In this document: piece after piece, positions 39,980 through 49,113 of the stretch
Position numbering within the stretch: the stretch's first letter is position 1
Layout of the letters: the number at the start of each line of letters is the position of its first letter
Assembly: GCA_963675595.2 (NCBI GenBank)
Contig: CAXXLZ010000002.1
Span: 3,328,001-3,392,000 of the forward strand
Direction: 5' to 3'
DNA: 64,000 nt
Origin: Thermodesulfobacteriota bacterium
GTDB taxonomy: Bacteria; Desulfobacterota; Desulfarculia; JACQYL01
Notes under the pieces: model-generated
Seen by the model: only the letters and a program-made list of their open reading frames with translations
Databases searched by the model: none
Told to the model about the DNA's origin: nothing
Translations under genes and position numbers: made by a program

Positions 39980-42619
39980 ATGAAACTGCTGAAAATCTGC
40001 TGTGTCTGCCTGGTCCTGATTCCATTCGCGGCCATGACCAGCGCTCGAGATGCGGTCTGGACCAGCCCGGACGCGATTTCGACGGATGCGCGGCACACGG
40101 ACTCCCGCAACGCGGGCGACGAGCCGGGGGAATCTCCGGATATCCTCCAACCCAAGTCTGAAGCCGTTCCGGCCGCGCGAGCCAACCTGAAACAAGCCAA
40201 GGCGAAAGGGGCGAAAGAGGCTTCCACCACACAAGAGGAGCCCGCTCGTTCCGGAAACGACGTGGCGAAAAGTTCCGAATCCGGAGCTTCGTCGAAGAAT
40301 TGGGTTTCCACGGCCTGGTGGGCCATGGAAAAGTCCGCTGCAGAACGGGACTCCTTTGTGCTCGCCCAGTCGGAAGGCGACAAAACCTCCACCCGAAAGA
40401 AAGCGGAGCCCGATTCGGGCAAGGTGTACAAGCTCGGTGAAGTGACCGTTACCGGAAAGATTCTGGACGAAACCACGGAAAATGTTCCTGCCGTGGTGGA
40501 ATCTTTGACCGCGGAAGGTATCGAGCGCATCAATGCGATTGATACGGCGGACGTGTTCAAATACATGCCCGGTTCCTATTTACGAAAACTCTATCCCGGC
40601 TCCACGAACCGACCCCTGGTCATTCGGGGCAACAGCTCCTTTCTCACCGCGAGAACGCTGGTCCTGGCGGACGGAGTCCGCATCAGCGACTTCAGAAGTG
40701 CCGGACACAGCAACTCCCCACGGTGGTTCATGGTGGCGCCGCAGGAAATCGAGCGAGTGGATGTAATTTACGGTCCCTATTCCGCGGCCTACAGCGGCAA
40801 CTCCCTTTCGGGAACCGCCCTGATCACCACGCATTTCCCTGAAAAAAGGGAATTCCATGCGGATTCGCAGTACTTCTATCAAAATTACCACGAATACGAA
40901 ACGGATGAAGACATTCACGGCTATACGGCCTACGGCTCCTATGGAGACAAGTTGGGCGATCTCTCCTTGCTGGTTTGGTACGACCGACTCCAGACCGGGG
41001 TTCAGCCCATCAGTTTCACCACGAAATCGGCCGCTTCCGGCGGGGACCCCACGGGGAACCCCGTTTCGGGATGGGTCTCGGACCGGGACCCGGATGGAGA
41101 AAAGAGGTATGTGCTGGGGTCTGTGGGAAAACAGGAACTCATCAACAACACGTTCAAGGTGAAGCTTGCTTATGATCTGACTCGCGATTCCCAGCTTCGG
41201 TTCATCTGGTCTTTCTGGGACAGTGAGCAGGACTATGATTCCCCGGAGACCTATCTGCGGGACGCCGACGGAAATCCCGTTTACTCCGGAAAGGTGGATA
41301 TCGACGGGCGAGGCTACTCTCTAGGTTCATCCACCTTCTATTACCGACTGATAGAAAAACAGGATTTCGTGTATTCCCTCAGCTATTCCCTGGAGCCCGC
41401 GCACGGCCTGAAGGTGTGGGCCACGGGCAGCCTGTACGATGCTTCCAAGGACCTGACCCGGTCCTCCAAAGCGTCGCCTCCGGAGTCGGAAAACGGAGGA
41501 GCCGGACAGACCACGGATACGGACAGCGGCTGGTACACGGGCGACCTCAAGGCCGCCTACGACGTGTCCTTGCTGGGGCTGCACACGGTGAGCGCCGGCT
41601 ATCATTTCGACCGCTATTACACGGACAGCGAAACCTGGAACACCTCAAACTGGAAGAGCGATACACGGACCGATCTGAGCGCGGGGTCCGAGGGGAAAAC
41701 CCAGACGCATGCCCTGTTCATCGAGGACAACTGGGACATCACGGATCAGTGGTCCGTGTACCTGGGCGGCCGATATGAATGGTGGCGGGGCTTCGACGGC
41801 TCGAAATCCACCGACGGCGATTCGGGCCGGGTGAGCGCAGGCCTGGCCGACAAGAGTGAAGACGACTTCTCACCCAAGTTTTCCACCACCTACCGACCAT
41901 CGGAGAATTGGAGGCTGCGTTTCTCCGTGGCTCTGGCCAACCGGTATCCCACCATTGGGGAGCTTTATTACGGGGGTATCAATTCCGCCGGCGTGATCAA
42001 CAACGCCAACCCGGACCTGAAACGGGAGCATTCTTTCTCCAAGGACTTCACCATCACCCGGGCCATCGGGGCCGACGGTGAAGCCCGTCTGACGTTCTTC
42101 CAGGACGACGTGGAAGACGCCATCGCCAGTCAGACCAACTCCTACACCCTGATCAAAAATTACCAGAACGTGGACGAAGTCCGCACACGCGGCATCGAAT
42201 TCGCGTTCAACAAGCGCAGGGTGTTCCTGGATGGCCTAGGGCTCTTCTTCAACGTGGCCTGGAACGAATCGGAAATCCTGAGAAACGACAACGTGCCGGA
42301 GAGCGTGGGAAAGGATTTCCCTAGGGTTCCCAAGTGGCGGGTGAAATGCGTCCTGGACTATGCCCCCACGCAAGACTGGTTCGCCACCGTGGCGTGCCGT
42401 TACGCGAGCAAACCCTATAACACCCTTGAGAACACGGATGAATATGGAGGCTACGGCGGCGTGGACGATTACCTGGTGTTCGATACCAAATTTTCCTATC
42501 GATTCCAGGAAAATCTGAGCGCCCATGTGGGTGTGGACAACATTACGGACGAGAGTTACCACATCTCCCATCCCTATCCTCGAAGGACCTTTTTCGTGGG
42601 GCTGAAATTCGACTTCTAA
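39980..42619 (+). CDS. TonB-dependent outer-membrane receptor (probably metal/metal-cofactor)
   Basis: Signal peptide; LGEVTVTG TonB box; IERVDVIYGP.SA.Y plug motif; NPDLK.E; GVDNITD; terminal Phe. Confidence 0.95.
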   Translation: MKLLKICCVCLVLIPFAAMTSARDAVWTSPDAISTDARHTDSRNAGDEPGESPDILQPKSEAVPAARANLKQAKAKGAKEASTTQEEPARSGNDVAKSSESGASSKNWVSTAWWAMEKSAAERDSFVLAQSEGDKTSTRKKAEPDSGKVYKLGEVTVTGKILDETTENVPAVVESLTAEGIERINAIDTADVFKYMPGSYLRKLYPGSTNRPLVIRGNSSFLTARTLVLADGVRISDFRSAGHSNSPRWFMVAPQEIERVDVIYGPYSAAYSGNSLSGTALITTHFPEKREFHADSQYFYQNYHEYETDEDIHGYTAYGSYGDKLGDLSLLVWYDRLQTGVQPISFTTKSAASGGDPTGNPVSGWVSDRDPDGEKRYVLGSVGKQELINNTFKVKLAYDLTRDSQLRFIWSFWDSEQDYDSPETYLRDADGNPVYSGKVDIDGRGYSLGSSTFYYRLIEKQDFVYSLSYSLEPAHGLKVWATGSLYDASKDLTRSSKASPPESENGGAGQTTDTDSGWYTGDLKAAYDVSLLGLHTVSAGYHFDRYYTDSETWNTSNWKSDTRTDLSAGSEGKTQTHALFIEDNWDITDQWSVYLGGRYEWWRGFDGSKSTDGDSGRVSAGLADKSEDDFSPKFSTTYRPSENWRLRFSVALANRYPTIGELYYGGINSAGVINNANPDLKREHSFSKDFTITRAIGADGEARLTFFQDDVEDAIASQTNSYTLIKNYQNVDEVRTRGIEFAFNKRRVFLDGLGLFFNVAWNESEILRNDNVPESVGKDFPRVPKWRVKCVLDYAPTQDWFATVACRYASKPYNTLENTDEYGGYGGVDDYLVFDTKFSYRFQENLSAHVGVDNITDESYHISHPYPRRTFFVGLKFDF

Positions 42620-42713
42620 CAACAGCGCATCAGGGGAGCCGCGAAGACGTTTCGTCGGCTCTCCCTTGAAAATCGGCCGGTATTTCATGACGGAACAACA
42701 AAACGGAGGAAAC

Positions 42714-43514
42714 ATGAGAACGAGACAGAGAAAGCTGGGACGGTTGTTGTTGGGCATAGTGCTCATTTCCTGTATGGCGGCTACGGCCTTCGCCCACGAC
42801 ATGTGGGTCGAGATGGAGAACTTCCGGCCGGAAAAGGGCTCGCAGGCCAAGCTCGGCTTGGCGTACGGTCATCTTTTCGTTCTGCCGAGCAAGGATTTCA
42901 TCGAGAAGGAGCGGGTTGAACAGGTCTATTTTCTAACCCCTTGTGGTAAGAATAAGATATCCGCCGTCGAAGGGGAAACGTCCTACGCGTCAGAAGCCGC
43001 GTTGCAGGGCAGCGGGACCTACATGGCCGTGGCCGAACAAAAAGGCGGCTTCGCCACCAAGACGGTGGAAGGTTACCAGCGAGGAAAATGCAGGAAAGAC
43101 ATCAAGGACCCGAAAGACATTATTTACTGCAAGTATTCCGAGAAGTTCAGTAAGGCCTTGTTTACCGTGGGCGCCCCCTCCGGCGACGTCTACTCGAAGG
43201 TGCTCGGGTTCGCCATGGAAATCGTTCCGTTGGACGATCCGGCCAAGTTGAAAAAGGGAGACATTCTGAGAGTAAAGGTGCTTTCCAAAGGGAACCCCGT
43301 AAGGGGCTTCGTCTATGGAACTTTTAACGGTTTTTCCGATCAATCCAACACGTTTGCGTACACCACCTACACGGATAAAGAAGGCATCGCCAAGATCAAG
43401 ATCATCGAGGAAGGCCCCTGGCTGCTCGTGGCCAAACAGGAAGTGGCTTACCCCGACGCCACGGAGTGCGACAAAATGTCCACTGCGGCTACGTTGACCT
43501 TTGCCGTGAAGTAA
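42714..43514 (+). CDS. DUF4198 family periplasmic protein (NikK-like)
   Basis: Signal ending AFA-HDMWVE (His at mature N-terminus), YGH.F, EIVPL.DP, TDKEG.A.I, G.WL. Confidence 0.85.
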   Translation: MRTRQRKLGRLLLGIVLISCMAATAFAHDMWVEMENFRPEKGSQAKLGLAYGHLFVLPSKDFIEKERVEQVYFLTPCGKNKISAVEGETSYASEAALQGSGTYMAVAEQKGGFATKTVEGYQRGKCRKDIKDPKDIIYCKYSEKFSKALFTVGAPSGDVYSKVLGFAMEIVPLDDPAKLKKGDILRVKVLSKGNPVRGFVYGTFNGFSDQSNTFAYTTYTDKEGIAKIKIIEEGPWLLVAKQEVAYPDATECDKMSTAATLTFAVK

Positions 43515-43763
43515 TCGCGCTTCTTTGCCGACGGAAAATGAACGAGGGAACTCATAAGGTTCGGCCGTTGGGAAAGGGGAGGACCTGAGTCCGTTCCCGA
43601 TCGAATGTCTCCAATGGTCGGCTTTTCAAGTCAGCGACACCCCACCCCGGGCGGGTTCCCTGTTGAGTCGACCGCCCGGAATTCACCGCGTACCTCCCTC
43701 CAACCTGCATGGGATCGGGACTATGACCCGATTCCATGCAGCCTTTCGTTTCAGGAGTAATGC

Positions 43764-44258
43764 ATGATTCTTTCCAAACCGGAGCCGGCGACACATGTGG
43801 CCGTTTTGCTGTTGATGTTGACTGTTGCGTCGGGAACCGCCTTGGGCCACGGGGTGGAAATCGGAGTGGCTTACGACCCGAGCCGGGTATTCGAAGCGGT
43901 TTATACGGACGGTGAAGTTATGAGTTACGCGGAGGTGAAAATTTTTCCACCCGAAGGCGAAACGCGTCCTTTTCAGATCGGGCGAACGGATCGGAACGGG
44001 AAATTCGCCTTCGTGCCGGATGGGCCTGGGGAGTGGCGGTTCCGGGTGGACGACGGGATGGGCCACGTGGCCGTGTCTTCGGTGAACGTCGCCGAAAAAA
44101 CCGCCGGGGAGGAATCGACTCCGCAGGCCGGAGAAACGATAACTCCCGCGCGTCTGCCCAGGGTCTTGGCGGCTACGGCCGGTTTGGGCTATCTAATGGG
44201 CATCTTTGGCGCCGTTAGCCTGATCCGAGGAGTTTTGCGGTCGCGCAGGACCCGATAA
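43764..44258 (+). CDS. NikL/CbiL-like membrane-anchored accessory protein
   Basis: Signal then HGV, Y.DGE.MSYA.V, G.TDRNG.FAF.P, DG.GH, C-terminal TM helix. Confidence 0.75.
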   Translation: MILSKPEPATHVAVLLLMLTVASGTALGHGVEIGVAYDPSRVFEAVYTDGEVMSYAEVKIFPPEGETRPFQIGRTDRNGKFAFVPDGPGEWRFRVDDGMGHVAVSSVNVAEKTAGEESTPQAGETITPARLPRVLAATAGLGYLMGIFGAVSLIRGVLRSRRTR

Positions 44259-44421
44259 AGCCGTTTTACCCGCCGAACGCTCCTGATCCCATCGGCCCGT
44301 TGAAAAGAACCGATCGGCGCAGGCCGCCAAGGAAGCATGAGATGCAAGGCGTGAATCACGAGGATACGAGGCGGCGTACCTGGAGTGCGCCTCAGATCGT
44401 GTTTTTCAGCGGCCTGCCGGG

Positions 44422-44958
44422 TTACCACCAAAACTCGGGATATCGCCGTGCCCTGGGCACGTTGTTCACCAGAAGGGCCACCGCGAGCATGACCAGCGCT
44501 CCCGTGGCCGCGGGGATCAAAGCATAGAAATAGCCCAGCGCGTGAATCTTCTCGCCGCCGATGACGGCGATGAGGGCGGTGGCGCCTCCCGGCGGGTGGA
44601 GCGTCTTGGTCAGGTGCATAAGCGCGATGGCCGTTGCCACCGCTATCGAGGCGGCGGCCCATGTGTGCGACTGAAGCAGTTGATAGGCGGCCACGCCGAT
44701 GACGGCGGACAAGACATGCCCGCCCAAGAGGTTGCGCGGCTGAGCCAGGGGACTCTTGACGGCTCCGTAAATCAACACCGCCGAGGCGCCGAAGGAACCG
44801 ATGATCATCACCAAGCCGGTTCGGTCCAAGATATGATAGTGTATCGAAGCCACCGCTGAAATCCCCAGGAAAGCGCCCACCCATGACCACAAGACTTCCG
44901 AGATTCGGACGCGGGGAGGACTTTGCGTAGTTCCCCTCATCTTGCTGAAATATTCCAT
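44422..44958 (-). CDS. HPP family membrane protein
   Basis: SFGASAVL, SPLAQPRN..GGH, LHPPGGATAL, YPEFW. Confidence 0.95.
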   Translation of the reverse strand: MEYFSKMRGTTQSPPRVRISEVLWSWVGAFLGISAVASIHYHILDRTGLVMIIGSFGASAVLIYGAVKSPLAQPRNLLGGHVLSAVIGVAAYQLLQSHTWAAASIAVATAIALMHLTKTLHPPGGATALIAVIGGEKIHALGYFYALIPAATGALVMLAVALLVNNVPRARRYPEFWW

Positions 44959-44968
44959 TTCTTGCTCC

Positions 44969-45595
44969 CTACAAAGAGATCGCGGTCAAGTCGCCCCGGG
45001 TCAGAATACCGACGAGCAATCCGTGGGATTCAGTCACCGGTACTCGATTGATGCGCCGTTTCGTCAGGAGATCGGCGACCTCGGATAAAGGGGCGTCCTC
45101 GGAAACCGTGTGGGCCGGGGAAGTCATCAGATCGGAAACCTTGCCTCCTCGGATGGGGAGCACTGCGCAGCTCTTGGCCCCAATGCACTCGGCGATGATT
45201 TCCATGAAGCTCCCGCTTCGCCCTTTGCCCATGTGTCTCATGAAGTCCCTCTCAGAAATTACGCCCAGAACTCTTTTTGAGTCATCGAGTACGGGCACGC
45301 CGGAGATGCCGGATCTTCCCATGAGTCGCGCCGCATCCTCCAAGGAGGTATCGGGGCTTACGAAACGAACTTCGCGGGTCATGGCATCTCTCGCTTTGCG
45401 GTCCCCCCAGAGGCGCTTTGCAGCGAGCCTGTAGGCCGATAGATAGACTTCTCGAAGATCGCCCGGCGTGATGTCCAAATAACCCGAGACTTCTTTCATT
45501 GCTTCGAGAATATCTTGATCGGTGAGCTCCGGGGTGGCACACGGCCTCGCATTCATGAGCTTCTTTTCGGGGACGGGCCCGTCGGAATTCCTCAT
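44969..45595 (-). CDS. CBS domain protein associated with HPP
   Basis: GGAAGGAG RBS; GYLDITPGD N-domain; two CBS repeats (ISGVPV..GVISERD; INRVPV..GILTRGD). Confidence 0.9.
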   Translation of the reverse strand: MRNSDGPVPEKKLMNARPCATPELTDQDILEAMKEVSGYLDITPGDLREVYLSAYRLAAKRLWGDRKARDAMTREVRFVSPDTSLEDAARLMGRSGISGVPVLDDSKRVLGVISERDFMRHMGKGRSGSFMEIIAECIGAKSCAVLPIRGGKVSDLMTSPAHTVSEDAPLSEVADLLTKRRINRVPVTESHGLLVGILTRGDLTAISL

Positions 45596-45650
45596 GCCAA
45601 CTCCTTCCCGTCGTTTGGTTTGCAGACGCTTCCGTCATCCATGGTCTCGG

Positions 45651-45693
45651 ATTATAAACGGGATACAGAGCCGGCCGGTTTGACTTAGGTCAA
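45651..45693 (-). promoter_or_regulatory. CRP/FNR-family box TTGAC-N4-GTCAA at class II position plus perfect -10
   Basis: TTGACTTAGGTCAA at 45680-45693; minus-strand TATAAT at 45656-45651; box centre about -42. Confidence 0.7.
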
Positions 45694-45992
45694 CGCCTCT
45701 CTTTTTTTCAGAGTCTGCAAAAAGAGTGAAAGAGGGAAAACGGAAGGAACTGGACGAAAGACCGTCGGAAAAAAAGATCCATCGTCCGGAGCGGTTCCGG
45801 CTTGGGCCTATAGCTTGCTTGATAAGTGGAAAAGGCGGAGGAGGATTGACAAGAAGAATGCCGGTATGATCACCCCGACCGGAAATATGATTCAAACAAA
45901 AGGACCCGCCGAGGGCTTTGAGGTTCCCGCGGGTCTTCCTGATTTGCCGTCAAAAATTAGGCCGTTCAACGTGTCGACCTGAAGTGAAACGA

Positions 45993-47147
45993 TCAGCCTT
46001 GACGCAAATGATCCAGGATGAACGCCGCGGCCCTGTCCAAGGCGCCCGGTTCTCCCAAGCCGGCGGCTACATTGCGAAGGTCTCTCCTCATCTGCATCCG
46101 TCTTTCAGGGTTTTCCAGAATCGAAAGCGCTAATGTGGAGAGTTTGTCCGGACGGGCGGCGTATTGAATGAGTTCCGGCACGATGTGTCTGCCGGCAAGC
46201 AAATTGGGCAACCCCGAAGTGGTGGAATGCATGCGGCCGGTCTGAACCAGGAGATTGACCACACGCCAAGTGACTTGAGAAACGGCGGTGAGGACGATCA
46301 TGGGGATTCCCAGGAGCGTCGCTTCCAGGGTTGCCGTGCCCGAACAGAGAATCGTCAGATCGCTCGCGGCCATGGCCTGCATGCTGTTGGTCGTCAATAT
46401 GGGCGGCGGGTCCAAATCCCGCTCTCCGGCCATCCTCTCGATGGTCGCCTGGAGAAAGCGGTCGCTCACCGGCAACACGAATCGGATCGACGGATTCGCG
46501 GCGACCATGAGCTGAGCGGCATCCAGCAGGACGGGACCCAGGGATCCGACTTCCTGGGTTCGGCTGCCGGGCAGCAATGCAACCACCGTCGCGTCGTCTC
46601 CTATCCCCAATGCTTTCCGGGCATCGCGCCTCCCGGGGTCATCGACCTCTTGTATCATGTCCCGGAGGTAGTGGCCTACGTAGGTGGCTCTGCCCATCGC
46701 CCTATGGTAAACTTGGTGTTCCTCGGGAAAAGAGGTTAGAATCCGGTCGTAGCTTCGGGCGATGGGAACCGCCACGCAACGCCATACCCATACCTGGGGA
46801 GGGAAATAGGAAAAAGTGAGGATTCCTCGCGACTTCAACAAGCGGGCGAGAACGAGATTGAAAAAATCGTGCCCGATGAGCACGACAGCCGAGGGAGTGT
46901 ATTCCCGGACACGGGAAAAGATTGCCTTGAACGCCCTCAACAGACCGGGAATGGTGGCCAGGGGCTCCGTAATGCCGGCGGAACCAAGATGGGCGGTTCC
47001 GTAAAGGATTTCCACGCCCGCGGTTCTCATGTGAAAACCGCCCGTTCCCGAGATGGAAACATCCGGGCACCGGGCATACAGCGCTCGTGCGAGGTGACCC
47101 CCAATGATGTCTCCCGATACTTCCCCTGTACTTATCAGTAGTTCCAT
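45993..47147 (-). CDS. lpxB: Lipid-A-disaccharide synthase family protein (divergent)
   Basis: GEVSGD, PPQVWVW, FP.E, YVGH, ALLPGSR..EV, SGTATLE, LPNLLAG..IVPELIQ. Start ATG 47147. Confidence 0.85.
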   Translation of the reverse strand: MELLISTGEVSGDIIGGHLARALYARCPDVSISGTGGFHMRTAGVEILYGTAHLGSAGITEPLATIPGLLRAFKAIFSRVREYTPSAVVLIGHDFFNLVLARLLKSRGILTFSYFPPQVWVWRCVAVPIARSYDRILTSFPEEHQVYHRAMGRATYVGHYLRDMIQEVDDPGRRDARKALGIGDDATVVALLPGSRTQEVGSLGPVLLDAAQLMVAANPSIRFVLPVSDRFLQATIERMAGERDLDPPPILTTNSMQAMAASDLTILCSGTATLEATLLGIPMIVLTAVSQVTWRVVNLLVQTGRMHSTTSGLPNLLAGRHIVPELIQYAARPDKLSTLALSILENPERRMQMRRDLRNVAAGLGEPGALDRAAAFILDHLRQG

Positions 47148-47361
47148 CCGTCCGTGTTGATCCGATGCAGGGTGGTGGTTGGCGATTGGAGCGATGGAGC
47201 TTCCGAAATCGTTTTGGACGGAATGCCCCGGAAAGCTTTCAAACGGCGCGTACGCTGGAACCCGTGACGCCCTCTCACATGATGTTGCAGCCTCGGACGA
47301 GGCCAAGCGCTCGATAATGTAGGCAAAACGCTACGGCCTGTCAATGATGGAGCCTGTGGAA

Positions 47362-49094
47362 CAGCGATTCTCGGTGTTGAGAATTTGGGTGTGTTTAGGG
47401 AGATTTTCCCTTTGTAGAGATGCGAGGATAGGTGGAATGAGGGTCCGATTTTGCGCATGAGAGGGGAAAAAGCGTGGTGAGGCAGAGGAAAGACCGGAGT
47501 TTTTTGGACCGAAGGCGCACCGGTCCCGTCAAAGTTCGGACCTTTGTTTGTGACCGATGGGTTATAGGAGGCCTTTTCGCCTCAGGGGGGGCGGGCGCTT
47601 TCGGGGTCCAGGACCAAAGCCAACAGGTCTTCCCACGACTCGAATACCAGAATCCGGATCGTGCAACGCAGCTGATTCCAGTACTCGGTTCGAGCACTGA
47701 ATCCCGCCCGGCATTTTTGGTACAAGGGGTCCGTCAACTCGAAAATCTGATGGAAGAAAAAAGCCACCAAGTTCAGAAGGAAAAAGACGTAAGAGAGTTG
47801 ATTCTTGCCGTGACCGAAATTGTGCTCGATATGATACCCTTGGTTCTTCAGTGTATTGAATCCTTCGTTTTCGATTTTCCATCGGGCTCTGCCGATCCTG
47901 ACCAGTTCCGCCACGTTTTCCGCGTCAACCGGCATGTCCGTGACCCAGCTGTTCCGGTAGGTGATCTTTCCTCCATTCTCCAGACGGTAGGCAAAAAAAT
48001 GGAGGTCGGGGGCATCTTCGTTTCCGTTGAGAGGCACGCCATGGACCCATTCGTAGCTATGCACCCGTTTCTTGTCGTCGGTGATCTCCAGGCCCGCGAT
48101 TTCTTGCATCCCCCGGAGTTCTTCGATCCACTCGAAGAGCACTTTGTGGTCCGCGGGTTTGGCGACCAGCACAAAGGACATGCTCGCCCGCTTCAGCTCG
48201 GCGATGAAAGGCTGTTTGGAATACAGTCCGTCACCGCCGATAATGATGTTGAGTTTGGGATGGTCCCGGCGGATGGCTTTCAATATCCGCTTCCCCGCGT
48301 TGATCTCACAATCCTGTTTTTGGACTCCATCCTTGTTCTGGATCGATTCCGGAGCCAAAGGCACGACTTGACGGCGATCCGGGTGGACCAGAGCCGCTTG
48401 CAGGATTTGATGGTGGTAGCGAATCCGTCCTTTGGAGGATTTTTGAACTAGACATCCGGGACAATGGATGGTTTCCGAGGAGAAATATTCCGACCCGTCG
48501 ATCACAATGAGGTATCGGCCATCGAGAACCTGAAACGATTCCAGATGCTTGCCTCGCTGCAAGCGTCGGAAGAAATCGGAGAAGACGGCCTTGATCTCTC
48601 CCGGATCACTCGCGTCGATCACGTCCCGCAGTTGCGTGTCCCCGGGCATCTCCGTCACGGAGAACAAGGTCTTGAGGTTGTCGCGGTGGGTCCGTTCCTT
48701 CAGTCTGCGTTGAAACTGCAGGAGCGAGGGGTCCTGAAAGTACATCATGGCAAAGGCGCTCATCAGACAATCGTGCAAAGAATAAACCGTCCGTCCCCCT
48801 CGCGGGTCCCCGACCTGCTCGAACCGACGGGACAGCGCCTTTCTCAAAGACACGAAGCTGAGGTGCTTCTTCATGTGCACCCTGGTAACCTCTACATATA
48901 GTATTCAATCTAATAAAGGCTACCATATATACACCAAAAGATCTACTTTAATTTCATACCTAATTCCAATAGGTTATGATCCTTCCGAAAGAAGGCTGTA
49001 CTCGAACCGGCATCGCCGCTTTACGAAAAAATATTCTCGAATCAGCCTTATGTCCCTCGGCTTCGCCGACTATCTTTTTCACCGGGAATTGCTG
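47362..49094 (-). mobile_element. Complete insertion sequence (DDE; ISNCY/IS4-like), 1733 bp
   Basis: IRs CAGCGATTCTCGGTG (47362-47376) and CACCGGGAATTGCTG (49080-49094) match 13/15; 9-bp DR CCTGTGGAA at 47353-47361 and 49095-49103. Confidence 0.92.
47582..48880 (-). CDS. DDE transposase
   Basis: IDGS, GDGLYS, RARWKIENE.FN.LK..GYH.EHNFGHG. Confidence 0.93.
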   Translation of the reverse strand: MHMKKHLSFVSLRKALSRRFEQVGDPRGGRTVYSLHDCLMSAFAMMYFQDPSLLQFQRRLKERTHRDNLKTLFSVTEMPGDTQLRDVIDASDPGEIKAVFSDFFRRLQRGKHLESFQVLDGRYLIVIDGSEYFSSETIHCPGCLVQKSSKGRIRYHHQILQAALVHPDRRQVVPLAPESIQNKDGVQKQDCEINAGKRILKAIRRDHPKLNIIIGGDGLYSKQPFIAELKRASMSFVLVAKPADHKVLFEWIEELRGMQEIAGLEITDDKKRVHSYEWVHGVPLNGNEDAPDLHFFAYRLENGGKITYRNSWVTDMPVDAENVAELVRIGRARWKIENEGFNTLKNQGYHIEHNFGHGKNQLSYVFFLLNLVAFFFHQIFELTDPLYQKCRAGFSARTEYWNQLRCTIRILVFESWEDLLALVLDPESARPP

Positions 49095-49113
49095 CCTGTG
49101 GAAGGGGGATATT

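Noticed and set aside
39283-39980. Cobalamin, NiCo or Moco riboswitch call
   Set aside because: Conserved cores could not be found by eye; kept only as an unknown attenuator candidate.
45846-45870. TTGACA...TATGAT promoter on the + strand
   Set aside because: Spacer is only 13 nt and no + strand gene follows.
48976-49113. ORF-track N-terminus of acyltransferase 1
   Set aside because: Lies almost entirely inside the IS end; the pre-insertion sequence has an in-frame stop just upstream.
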